From Psilocybe cubensis (taxonomy: Eukaryota), in the NCBI GenBank assembly GCA_017499595.2, contig CM039000.1, positions 2,294,001 through 2,358,000 on the forward strand: 64,000 nt of DNA. Direction: 5' to 3'. The translations under genes were made by a program, and so were the position numbers. Below are positions 14,687 to 26,829 of the stretch, one piece after another. Every line of letters starts with the position of its first letter. Position 1 is the stretch's first letter. Below the pieces are notes generated by a model. The model was not told where the DNA came from, did not search any database, and saw only the letters and a program-made list of their open reading frames with translations.

Positions 14687-15263
14687 ATGCCAACTCTGAA
14701 TCTCGTAACTAACGTTAAGGTATGCCTCATGCTCACCAATGGGGTACATTCAGCAGTAAACTGTTTTACATACTAGGTTCCCGATGCGAAGGCATTCGCC
14801 CTTGAATTCTCCAAGGTGTCTAACCTGGTAATAATGAAGTGATCAAGATAATGACTACCCTCCAAGTTTGCTGCAGAGACTTTGCGAAAGCCCGAAAAGT
14901 ATATCTCTGTGATATATACCCACAATGAAATCGTGACTTTTGGAGGAACTCTCGATCCAGCTTTTAGTTTGAGAATTGTGAGTTTAACCATGACATCTTT
15001 GACTATTATCTTACTCCGATTTATATACAGGACAGCTTGGACAACATCAGCGAACAGGAGAATGAGGGTTACAGCAAAGCCTTCTACAAATTCTTTGAAG
15101 AGAAACTGGGGACAAAGGGCGACAGAGGATATGTAACTTTCATCGATCCCGGCCGGGCTAACATTGCGTAGGTTCATACAATATTTCAGGATTTAAATGC
15201 TGACCCTCGTCATTTTTCAGTTTTGAATCGACCACTTTTGCCACTATCTTCGGCCCCAAATAA
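14687..15263 (+). CDS. MIF/tautomerase-family protein
   Basis: Starts M-P (catalytic Pro1): MPTLNLVTNVK|VPDAKAFALEFSK|FAAETLRKPEKYISV...TFGGTLDPAF...|SLDNIS...KFFEEKLGTKGDRGYVTFIDPGRANI|...STTFATIFGPK*. Confidence 0.9.
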
Positions 15264-15774
15264 GTTTTTCATCGTAGCTACGTCTGCGTCCAAATATCAA
15301 GATAAACTTTCATCGTCAAATATAAATATCTGTCGTAATGCAAATTGGGTGCTACGTGAGAAGCTGGAACCTAGCCACAGCTACTTGTTTGATTTGGAGC
15401 ATATTTTGGCAAATACTTGGGCGCAACAAATCCCAGTATAGGCTGAAGGGGACTAATTATGTGGCCTTTCTTTGTTTTGCCATTGGCTTTGCGACGAATT
15501 TCTGGCTCCAGAGGAGATTTTTGATCATCTGGACGAAAAGAGTACAATCTTTGCCAAATTGACTGCAAAGGTTTGGGAGTAGGTCATGCCAGTTCATCGT
15601 TTCGGAGCCACATCGAATAAGGTGTCTGCTGCGTCAAAAGCAGCAGAACACGGGCGAAGAATTAACCTATCCGTTGCTCTCATAAACGGTAGATGTATAA
15701 ATACATCTACCAACAGTCTGTTATTGCAATTTGATTGGCAACATCATTACAAAGTAGAAGCACGAAAAACAGGT

Positions 15775-16805
15775 CTATTGATTAGGGTAAACAATATCGA
15801 CCTCCCCGTCGGTGCCATTTTTAACAATAGTTACTGTTGCAAGAGTCGCATTGTCGTTATTGTATGTTGTCCAGGCAGCATTGGCATCTTTCCCATCTAG
15901 AGTGAAAATGTTGACATTCCTCATCGTTGTCCTCCCTTTCGGCAGATCGGAGGGTCCTGAGATGCTATCCACACCGAATGCCTCATAGGCATATACTAAT
16001 TCCTTGTTTACCGATACAGACATCGCCGTTCCCGGTACACCAGTAAATAGACAAGAGTAGTAATAGGTCGTAACTGCGTCACTGGTTGTTGTGATGTTGT
16101 CAATGTTGATAAAGCCGCCCAGAGTCTGATTTGACGGTACTGCAGTGAGGTTAGTGTAAAAGACGTCCGAATTGACCAGGTACCATGAAGACACAGCCCA
16201 GAAGTTTCCACCGCCGGCCGCAGAGATACCGTACTGTAGCACAGGTTGCAGCATGGCGTCGAACTCGTTGGAGACAAGGGCATTGTACATATACAGCACC
16301 TGGCCGTCCGAGTTTACAGGAGGTGTGGGTACGTCCCAAATTGTGGAAAAGTTGGCGAATGGGCTAATTTTGTCGTTCTTAAAGTAAGCAAAGACGACAT
16401 CCCCTTCATCAACACCACGAGGAGCGAAGCGGCCTATGTACTGTGATGCGTTTCGAGAACTTCCAGACGTCGGTGTAGAACTTATGACTGTCCCATTTGG
16501 CCACACGATATCGACGTTTGAATTATTGTGCCGAATGTGGGCACCGTCTGGGACATAATGAGTATTTTTTCTTGATACAGGTCCCATTGGAGTCTTCATA
16601 ATATCATCATCGGAGACGGTTACATTAGCTTTTGAAGGGCTTTCACTGGTCATTGAGCCTGGACTTGTTCCCTGAACATCCAAAGCACTTATGAGGTGTG
16701 ATTTAATTAAGAAGGAATGGCACTCACTAGGATATCCCCGACTAGAGAGGGTGACGCCAACCCACCGATAATAAAAGCTGACAAAATCCAAGTTTTGCAG
16801 AACAT
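15775..16805 (-). CDS. Secreted prepro-protein, probable concanavalin-like/G1 glutamic-peptidase-like fold
   Basis: Exon 1 encodes the signal peptide MFCKTWILSAFIIGGLA; intron at about 16727-16673; then 'TPMGPV...HYVPDG' pro-region and 'WDVPTPP...MLQPVLQYGISAAGGGNFWAVSSWY'; many N-glycosylation sequons. Fold assignment is by recall only. Confidence 0.7.
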
Positions 16806-17449
16806 TATGGAATGGAACCTCAAGGTAGAAAGAAAATCAGGGTGGGTGTTGACGCAAGGACTTGGAAAAAACAGGAATTTATATAGAAGTTATAAATCTA
16901 TTTCTGACTTCATGGGTTTTATTTTGACCTAGCCAGCCTCCTGGCCTCTGTGTTAAGTTGGTCAGCCTCTCGGGGAGAACGCGTTCCCGAAAACTTGGAT
17001 GAATAGCTTTGTGGTCAGCCTCTGTGTATGTAAGGCGATGTTTAGATATCTAGACACCGGTCGATAGTATTCTAAATTCCTTGGTCGTTATCTTTTTGAA
17101 AATAAAATTAGTAGATGTACCTACACACCATTTGGATTGATAGAAATGGAATGATCATTCCTTCTTGTGATAAAACAGAGCAAATATCTCTTTCATAACC
17201 ATATAGGTACAGATAACACTTTGGTTATTTATTGTAAAAAGGGTATCAAGCATGGGAGGTATAATTGTATGGTTGAATGTAAATTGCTCTCTCACAGTGT
17301 TGCCTGTAGTACCGAGATATTACTGCACCCTAAGCAGTTCACGAAGCTTTGTGATTCAGAGGAAAGTATGTGTCTGCCTTCAAGATATTTAATGTTAACA
17401 TTTATAGGGCCGAAAGATAGAAGGACGTGGTTGTACTGCACCAAAATGG

Positions 17450-18332
17450 CTATAGCATATCCATGAACTCTTGTTCGGGCTCCTCGTATACGATGTCAGA
17501 AGAATCTTGGATCGCTTTCCCCTTTCCTTTCTGTTCGGTGTTAACCTCATTGCCTTTACCTGCTGCACGGCTGTAGTTTTTGCCTGCACTCTTCCCGGCA
17601 GAGTACTTTCGGATAGCAGTGCGATCGCCTTCAAATTTGCCATCACCTATCTTAAAGACTGCTCGGAGAACAGATTTGCCTCTCGTTTGGTAAGTAAGGT
17701 CGTCATCGTCATCCTCGGGTATGACTTCGTCTTGAACTTCGACGGTGCCTGTGATAATCTCAACGTTGATCTCGTCTTGTGGATACGGCAAAATCGGTGG
17801 AAGAGCGCATAATAGCTGCATTAAGACAGGGATAGCAGCACCCATTGCGCTCAGATGGAGTGTTTTATATCTACAGCGAAGATGAGACATTGCTATAAAT
17901 GACGGGTGAAAAGAAAACTTGCCCATCAACAAAAATGACATCTTTGCACCGGCGCATGTAAGCTCCCAGAGGAGTTTTACGAGTCAGACATATCATGTTT
18001 TTGCCTTCTCTGTGGCTAGAACGCGGGCCTGTGGCAGACACAGAAGCTGGGACAGTTGGGAAAGGTCTTGGAGGAGCAAGCTTGTTTATTCGTTTGGGAT
18101 TCTTTGAAACTTGGGGACTCGCAATATTGTATGCCATATCATTTACTTGAGTAGTTGGTTCATCTGTAGGTCCTTTTGCAGTTTCCGAGCGCACAACTTT
18201 AGCCAGGTGAGGCTCAACAACAGATGAAGATGGCATTGATGTACTCGGAACCGCCATGGTAGACAATTTGGGACGTTTTCCATTGTCGATAGCACCACTG
18301 GAGTCATGTTTTCTCTTTTTCGTAGCGTTCAT
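17450..18332 (-). CDS. POP7: RNase P/MRP subunit Pop7/Rpp20 (Alba-like)
   Basis: 'NMICLTRKTPLGAYMRRCKDVIFVDG|YKTLHLSAMGAAIP...TGTVEVQDEVIPEDDDDDLTYQTRGKSVL' fits the Rpp20 pattern; one GC-AG intron (17922-17871); N-terminal NLS KKRK. Confidence 0.8.
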
Positions 18333-18530
18333 AACCGTCAAAGTAGTAAATTTGTCGGAGCCGGCTGAAGGACGGAAGGTGACGAGATCGACGATACAAG
18401 CACAAACATTGAAAAAGCAAAAGCCCCGTGTCACGAAAATCGATCACTTCATCTTTCCCCTCAACCTTCGAAAAATCGGCTGTGTTTTCCTGGTATCACT
18501 ATCCAGGAAAAGCATACGTCGTCGCCCAAG

Positions 18531-20125
18531 ATGAGTACGGATGTCGCGGAGCAGAATATCCAGATGTGGAAGGTCAAGAAACTCATCAAGAGTCTTGACT
18601 CCGCCAGAGGGTGCGCTCACTTTTTATCGTCACCAATCTCTTGTCTGATTATGCTGTAATATACAGAGCTGGTACCTCTATGATCAGCCTTATCATACCC
18701 CCTAAGGTACTTCGCGATCGATTTGCGTGCGGACTTCGCTTTATTCCTCATATGTGTTCAGGATCAAATTTCCAGGGCGTCAGCTATGTTGACGCAGGAA
18801 TACGGAACGGCTTCTAACATCAAATCTCGAGTCAATCGTCTCTCCGTTCTTGCTGCCATTACCAGTACTCAGCAGCGTCTCAAGTTGTACAACCGAGTTC
18901 CCCCTAACGGTCTTGTACTCTTCGTTGGCACTATCTTGACAGACGAAGGCAAGGAGAAAAAAGTATCTTTCGACTTCGAACCCCACAAACCAATCAATAC
19001 GTGTGTAAATTTCACTCTTACTTTCTGTATCGCATAGCTTACGATGATTCTTTCAGATCTCTCTACCTTTGTGACAACAAATTTCATACCGAGGCATTGT
19101 CTGAACTATTAGAATCGGACTCCCGCTTCGGCTTCATTGTCATGGATGGTAATGGCACTCTCTTCGGTGTCCTTGCTGGTAATACCCGCGAGATCATTCA
19201 CAAGTTCACCGTTGATTTACCCAAGAAACACGGTCGTGGTGGACAGTCTGCTCTACGTTTCTCGCGTCTTCGTGACGAAAAGCGACACAACTATGTGCGC
19301 AAAGTTGCAGAACACGCAGTTCAACATTTTATTACCAACGACAAAGTCAACGTTACAGGTCTTGTTCTTGCCGGTAGCGCCGACTTTAAGACCGAACTCA
19401 GCCAGAGTGATATGTTCGATCAGAGGCTCGCCGCCAAAGTTATCAAAGTTGTTGATGTCAGCTACGGAGGCGAAAATGGCTTCAATCAGGTATGTTCGAT
19501 ATAAATCCTTTTTAGACGCATTGTTGACCTATTACAAATAAAACAGGCAATCGAACTGGCTGCTGAATCTCTTGCCAATGTCAAGTTTGTCCAAGAGAAG
19601 AAGCTAATCCAGAAATACTTCGATGAAATCAGTCAAGATACAGGCAGATATTGTTTCGGCATTGATGATACCCTCAAAGCATTGGAACTGGGTGCCGTTG
19701 AAACTCTAATTGTCTGGGAAAACCTGGATATCACTCGCTATGTGCTTCGCAATGCTGCTGGAGGTAAGCTTGGCCATGTGTGTATAGGAAATGATCTGAT
19801 CATATATTATCCAGAGGAAATCATTATCCATGCTAACAAGGATCAAGAAAAGGACCGTGAAAAGTTTATCGATAAATCCACAGGCCTCGAAATGGAACAA
19901 GCCACGGAACCCCAGTCCCTGCTCGAATGGTTCGCAGAAAAGTACAAAGAGTTTGGCGCCAATCTTGAGTTCGTTACCAATCGTTCCCAGGAGGGTGCTC
20001 AGTTCGTCAAAGGTTTCGGTGGTATTGGCGGTCTCCTCCGGTATAAGGTCGACTTCAACAACCTTACTTCGATCGACGAAGAGGACGACGACGAGTTCTA
20101 CTCTGATGACGACGGTGGTATCTGA
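18531..20125 (+). CDS. SUP45: Eukaryotic peptide chain release factor 1
   Basis: GTS loop (GAGTSMISL), [21 protein letters not shown], '[15 protein letters not shown]' and an acidic tail; stop TGA at 20123-20125. Confidence 0.99.
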
Positions 20126-20504
20126 CGTTTCTGCTGGCTCTTCGGAGCCCCGTCCACAAAGGGTACTTCGGGCGGGGCGGATGGGAGGTGTGGTGACTTT
20201 AGGCGATGCGGGGAATTCGAGGTCGATGATGGGACAGGACGCAGCATAGGAGATCAGAAGGGATTTCGGAAGATTGTCATAAGAACACAAAATCACAAAC
20301 AAGCTATGTCCAGTTATGGTCGACAAGCCATACCTTGGTCGTCTGCGCTTGTTAGGAAACTGAATTTGTCAAGACCCGTGGTATTGGTCAAACGTTTCAT
20401 ATCTGCGCGATTTTTCCTACCACTTAACATTTGTCATTGTCGATGCTAGGTATGTTACCATGGCATATGATTTATCCCTCATTTGCTGAACTATTATTTT
20501 GTAG
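20126..20504 (+). promoter_or_regulatory. eRF1 3'UTR readthrough/NMD element (leaky stop context, hairpin, open extension, 3'UTR intron)
   Basis: TGA-C; GGCTC-TTCG-GAGCC hairpin at 20136-20149; 107 in-frame sense codons to TAG at 20447-20449; intron gtatgt(20450)...gctgaac...tgtag(20504). Confidence 0.8.
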
Positions 20505-22375
20505 ATAATGTGTGTTATGAGTGTCTGAATTCTTTGGAACGGTCGCTTTGGCTTTCTCGATTTGCAACTCGTGTATTTCAATGTTTTAATGGACAAATGT
20601 CACTGTCTGTTTATTGATGCGTGATATAACTCTGGCACATCGTCTTCTCATAGGTCTCTGAATTTATAGTCACAAACCAACCTCGCAAAACCAGTGAAAT
20701 TTGCTAAATCATCAACAACATTTTGTCAATGGGTCGCTGGACGTTAAGCATTCACCTCTCTCTTGGTTTATCCCGCACTCGACAACTCCATCGTCGCAGA
20801 ATGTGAATCTTTTTTGGGAAATTGACTAGTATTCCTAGGTCCATAGAAGACCACGCTGCAGGGAACACAACTTCGTCCAAGCTCTTGTGTCCTTCGTACA
20901 ACGGCTCTATGGAAGGAATGACCGACAATCTATTTTCATCCTATACTGATCATGTTATCGATACAGATAAAGGTCTAATACGCCTAGCGGATCGGAATCT
21001 ATGAAAAAACATTGCCTTGCTTTCTATTGCCCGTGCTCCAAAAATTATTATGGACCCTCGAAAAGGGACTTTCTATACAGTAATGCGGCGTCTAAATTAC
21101 TTGTATCGGCGCAAAAGACGGTCTAAAATATTCCGAAGTACTCTGCATGGTTCACATGTGGTTCTGGCCCAAAAACAACTCGCGCAAGTACCATTAAATC
21201 CTTCCTTCATAATGATTCTTGCCATTGATCACTTTCATACTTGTCATATAAAAATACCTGAAATCAGCGCAGCTAGAGATGGCGCGGTGTCCAAGGTCTT
21301 CTCTGGGGAACCTGAGGGTTTTTTGCTCTTCGTCGATTCAGAACAGGGTGAAGGTCACACGATCCGCCTGCAATTTTAGACGAGGACTGACGCCTCGAAC
21401 TTGACATCCATCACAGTCATTGGCCCCCCAAAGGCGCAAGGACCGCTTGCTATTGATGCAACGTCGTCGCCTACGTTTGAAATGTTACAGGAATCATGTC
21501 AAATATTTTCCAAAATGTTTTTTTTGGTCGGTGTCATCCTCCTCAACCTCAGACGCAAAGTTGAGGGCGCGCTACAAATCATCACTTTGCAATGTTCATC
21601 GAAAGCGGCAGGAACACGCCCAAGGACCTTGAATCGATCGGGGATGGGCACGAACTACACATCATGATAACCTGGTGTGTCAGGCGAGTCCGATATGTTC
21701 TGTAGCCTGACATTGTCGATACTAACCGACCGTTCTGCATGATGGTCCGCTCCAAGTACCCCCCCTACCTTTGTTTGTCAGAGCCTGCATAGTATTTCGT
21801 AAGGACGGCGCCAACTTGTCCTTGGCATCTGGTCATGCCCTGCTGGAGAGCAGATAAGTCGCAACGCATACATTTTCAACAATCCGAGTTTACCGCAATT
21901 TTTGCATGTCGACCTGGAGTCAGGTCTACACTACATCCCAAATCAGTACGGGAAAAGACGCCGAATCCCTGTGGATATTCTTGTTTCGAAGGCTTTTGAC
22001 TTACAGATGCAGGTGGGACTGACATGTATGACCGCGATCTGTCCGTCGGTCGATGTTATGAATCACAGTGATTCTAGTAACGTAATATGCACGACTCTAG
22101 TCAGAGAGTGGGCAGATTGAGATCCCAGCGCTGCCCGTTCAGCCACCGTTGACCTACAACGTGAAGTGAAAGGTGAAATATAGTTGCATTCTGCGATTGG
22201 TATGACCTTGTGCTCAGGTCACATTTCATAAGTACCCCGGGGCCTCGATAGTGGATAATATAGGTTAAAATGATTCATTCAAGTCAACGTAACAGGTCAT
22301 AACTGTGGAGTCGTAAGTGTGTAAAGTACACAGATTGGTCGTTAGTCTGCAAACAGTCCAGTGTTCATATGGTCA

Positions 22376-23421
22376 TCAATCCTATCAGAAAAAAAACCCT
22401 GAGCTTGATTAATAACCGATAGGAAGAACGGGCTTACAATGATCATCCTTTGGCGCGGAGGAATCGCCGTCTTCATCTCCCATGTTTCATTGCGGCTACG
22501 GGAAAGACCCACGAAGCAGGATTCTAGGCCAAGAAAGTCGATTCGGCGGACACCGCCAACCATTTCGACGGGGTCGCCACCACAGCGCACCTGAAAAGCA
22601 TCACTAAGCCTCTGCCGGTCTTCCGACGTCAGCTCTACAGTATAATACTCGTGATGGCCGATGGTACACCTCAGCTGTTCGTGTATCCCAATCAAGACGT
22701 CCATAACGGAAATTCCGTTGGGAGAGTTGGATTGAATCTTAATCTTCCAGGGTAGTTTGGGATGCCAAATGAGGAGGCGTTGGGTAGGAGGGGAAGTTGC
22801 GAGTTCGTAAACATCCCCGACGGATTGGGGTATCAGACCGAGGTCCGGAGAGGGTCGTACACGGATATCATAGAAGATTGAGGTAGGATCGCGAGAGCGG
22901 TATAAAATCAAGGGGTTGAGACGATAAGGAAAACGAAAGGAAGCAGGGCTTCCTACAAAAGATGACAAAAGGACTATTAGCGGACCGGCTGTAGATTGGA
23001 AAGACGAAGTCATACCCGTGACGATGGACGTAATTTTCCCCAGGTAGTTCCCCAGTTTTCCTTGGGAGGAAGGTGATTTGTACCCCTTTCTCCAATGTCG
23101 GGGCTTCCGAGAGAGGTAGACAGTTCGTGCTGTAGGGACAGTGTATGTGAATGGGTGGGAAGGATCGTTAGAACGAACAACAGTCATTGTGCGCGCTATT
23201 GTTGTATAGCGGTCATAATAATCTCGACGCGATTTACGTCTACGTGAATCGGCGCTCTTGCCCCGTATTGGTGCCAAATCTTGCGGTTGAGCGTACTGTA
23301 TGACTTGAGAAGGAGGTGGTACCGTGTACGACACGGGAAACCCTGACGCATTATACGCATGTTGGATTTCTGGAAAAGCATAAAAGATATTATGAGATAG
23401 CAGACGAGTTTCGCGCGACAA
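22376..23421 (-). CDS. DUF6699-like Agaricomycete protein (start uncertain)
   Basis: 'LNPL...IFYDIR...ELATSPPTQRL...LPWKIKI...GISVMDVLIGIH..LR...GVRRIDFLG...FVGL' is the recurring DUF6699 pattern; internal GT-AG introns. Confidence 0.7.
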
Positions 23422-25007
23422 AGGTCTACGGCATCGTTAGCGAACGACCTATAGTGAATAACATATCCGACTCTGTCGCACTTACTCCATAGGCCAGCTT
23501 TCAGATGTCATTAGTGATCTTTCGCGGCCCCATGGAACATTTGCACACCTATAGAATTCCCTGTACTCTTCGACGCTGTGCGTCCATTGAGCGTAAGCCA
23601 TTCTGCTCGTCAAATAGCTGGGTTATCGGGAACGATGAAGGTGCAAGTGCGATTCAAGAAACAAGACATGAACCCAGACAAAGAGGAGAGCGAGCAAGTG
23701 AGACATCTAGTAGCTAGTAGTCGGGCAGACACTATTAATGATCCTCAAGCAGCCCAAAGCAGTTCGTTCAGCCACTATGCTGCGCCAGTTCAGCAGATGG
23801 CAAGATTAGGAGCCATTATCTCTGTACACGGCACTGCAGACAATTAACTAGCCCTGTATACGCGTTTGCAGCATTCTGTACACTTGGATTTTGTACAAGT
23901 CAGTCTGTTCTTGTTAGCTTTCATTCGGAATTATGCATGCAATCAGAAACCAAAGAGGAGTCGGGAACACCTGAAAAGGAAACCTTCGAGCTCGGAGCAC
24001 GCGTCGCGTCTAGCCGAACATCTTCAAGCTCCGCGGCATTTAGATTTACAAAACCGCATCCATAGTCTGCAACGGCGCAGTATCCCAACAAGAGTATATT
24101 CAAGTCAGTCTCTTTGACTTGATTTTCCTTAGCTTCAAGCCTTTAAGCCTCATTAGTACTAGTTCTACCCCGCGCGGGCGGTTAAATGAGCAACCCTTTA
24201 TCACCTCCATAGTATGTAACCATGAGGGGGCGCTGCCGTTAACTTGCCTTCAACGACGACCTCGGGAAAGGTACGCCCCTCGTCCAACAAAGATCTTTTT
24301 CCCAAGGCCAAGCACAGGCAGGGACCATTAGCCTCATCTCAATGGGACACCGCGGTAGAAATAATCCTCCAGTAACAAAATAATGCTCGTAAAGGATGAC
24401 TCGACGACGACTCCGAGCTTCTCTGGCCGCTGCAATAGGCTCAGCACAGCTCAGCACTTATCATAATCTACGCAGCCCTTCACTTAGCGCAGCGATGAAA
24501 TGATGGCAATCCCCATTGCCAAGCAATTTTTTTCAGGGATTCAGGGTGTATGTTGTGATATGCTTTGGCCCATTCCACCAGGATTCCGGGGTCAAGTGTC
24601 CTGGAATAGCTCCACACCTTTACGAGAGTGTGCATATACGTACACATATTAGGAACAGGACACACCCTCCTGAATAATTAGCGAAAAAAAAAGTTCTTGG
24701 CTGGCCAGGACTCGAGAAACCCCTACGACTTTAGACCGCTGTTCTCCACTCATCGTGCATCAATGCTGGAAAATGGGGTGGCGCTGCCTGATAATTGTCT
24801 CGGTGCCGTCCAAGCCCGTTCATCGCCCAAAAATAATCCAGGCTAGCCGGATAGAAAATGGAAAAGGCATGAAGAGTTGAAACCAAAAGACATAAACGAC
24901 GCTCATTCTTCTTGTACGTACATGCGTGTTCACAGGGACGAGAGTTAGATCAATCGATGCCATACGTGTGTGCCTTGAGAATAATTAATACATTCTGACA
25001 TTTACAT

Positions 25008-26829
25008 TCAACGGAGAGTGACAAGTTCTTGTGAAAGTCGGAACAAGGATCAGTCAATGTGTTGTAAAAAGATGGTCCTTGACTAACCTTCTCCAGAAGT
25101 GGGATGAATGGCCACAGTGTCATCCAGGTCTTGTTTTGTTGCTGCGAAAAAACATCGTTTAGAGGCAGGGAAAAGAGAACCGATTTTGTTTACTTACCGC
25201 CCATCTTTACGGCGACTCCAAAGCCTTGCATGACTTCATCGCTTCCCAAACCAATGATATGTACACCGACCACCTTTTCTTCAGGTCCGGCGCAGATTAA
25301 TTTGTATACGGTTGGCTCCTTGTGCTCCTCCTCCACCATGGAGAAATATAGAGCACGGAATCCTGACCTGTCTGTGATATTTAAATATCATTTCAGCAAG
25401 ATGAAGATGAAGAAGCAAGGGAAGACATACAAATTTTAATCTGGTCATCGCCGTATTTTTTCCTCGCCTCTGGCTCCGTCAAACCGACAGTTCCGATAGG
25501 AGGATGTCTGTAAAAGCGCCATCAGCAAAGCGATTGAAATAAAAAAATCTGAAATGCATCACTCACGAGAAGACAACAGTCGGTATGTTTTCGTAGCTGA
25601 GTTTATCATTCTTGAATTTCTCTGGACCAAATAGGCGGTTCGAGAGTCTCCTGCCAGCAGCGATAGCGACGGGCGTCAAAAGCCATTTACCCTGGACATC
25701 GCCGATAGCAGTGACGCCCTTGACCGACGTATTCTGGTACTCATCCACAACAATATCGCCTTTCTTGTCCAGCTTCACCCCGACCTCCTCCAATCCAAGC
25801 CCTTTAGTACTGGCATGCCTACCAATGGCCCATAACAGCACATCCACCTCGATCTTCTCTCCTTTATCCGTGTGCACGGTTAACGGGCCACCCTTTTCGC
25901 CTTCAACCTTGGTGACATGCGTCTGCTTGTGTAGATGCACGCCGCTCTTTTCCATCCACGGCGTCAGCGTCTCCTGCAGCGTCGGGTCAAACGTCCTCAG
26001 CACCGTCTCACCGCGGATCAGAAGATGAGTCTCGGTGCCCAGCACATTGAAGATCCCGGCGAGCTCGACAGCAATATACCCAGCGCCGACGACCGCGACG
26101 CGCTTCGGTTGGTCCTCCAGCGCAAAGAAGCCATCCGAATCAATACCGAGGCTCGCGCCTGGGATCTCCTCGTCAGACGGCAGCGTCGGCTGTCCGCCGA
26201 CGGTGATACAGATGTTGTCTCCCTTGAGGACGTACGTCTGCCCGTCCGGGCGCTTCACCTCGACCTCTGTCGCGCTGAGCAGCTTGCCGAAACCCTGGTG
26301 GAATTCAACGCCCTCGCGGTCAAAGTTGTTGGCGTAGATACCATTAAGTCGGCGGATGTAGGCGTCGCGTTGGGGCTTGAACGTCTTCCAGTCAAATTTG
26401 GCGTTCTCGACGCCGGTGAATCTGTAGCCGCCCGCGTGGTTTGTGATTTTATCTTGAAGATCTGCGGCGTGCCACATAATCTGAAAAAAATGTTGTAGAT
26501 TACATGTATATGCAATAATGAAGACATTATGCTGACTTTCTTGGGCACGCAACCTGATGAGAGGCTCAATATATGCGCACGAATTAATCAACTATCCTAT
26601 TACATACCGACGTTCACACACGTTCCTCCCAGATGAGGTGTGGCTTCGACAACGGCAACCTTTTTGCCATACGACGCCGCCCTCCTCTAGAGAAAAACCC
26701 CATTAGTGGATGCTCCAAAAACAGCAAAAAGGAGAACTTGCTCACAGCCGTACCGGACCCTCCACTGCCACCCCCTATAACAATATAGTCATACTTGTCC
26801 GCAGTTGGTTTATCGAAAATCGGCGGCAT
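25008..26829 (-). CDS. GLR1: Glutathione reductase (AUG-initiated form)
   Basis: [24 protein letters not shown] active-site region; [46 protein letters not shown]. Confidence 0.98.

Noticed and set aside
18780-19090. eRF1 variant implying an altered genetic code
   Set aside because: GTS, NIKS and YxCxxxF motifs are canonical, and genes in the window use all three stop codons.
19706-20326. 206-aa antisense ORF over the eRF1 3' end
   Set aside because: Shadow of eRF1 codon bias and its GC-rich 3'UTR; TTG start and no recognisable motif.
20800-22300. Short ORFs between eRF1 and the DUF6699-like gene
   Set aside because: No motif, codon bias or consistent splice path.
24684-24860. Poly-T tract (minus strand) with a GC-rich upstream segment as a Pol III RNA
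   Set aside because: No tRNA, U6, 5S, SRP or RNase P motifs are recognisable.
25612-26569. Long overlapping alternative-frame and antisense ORFs in GLR1 (similarly at 28713-30601)
   Set aside because: Explained by GC-rich third positions or low-complexity sequence of the real genes.
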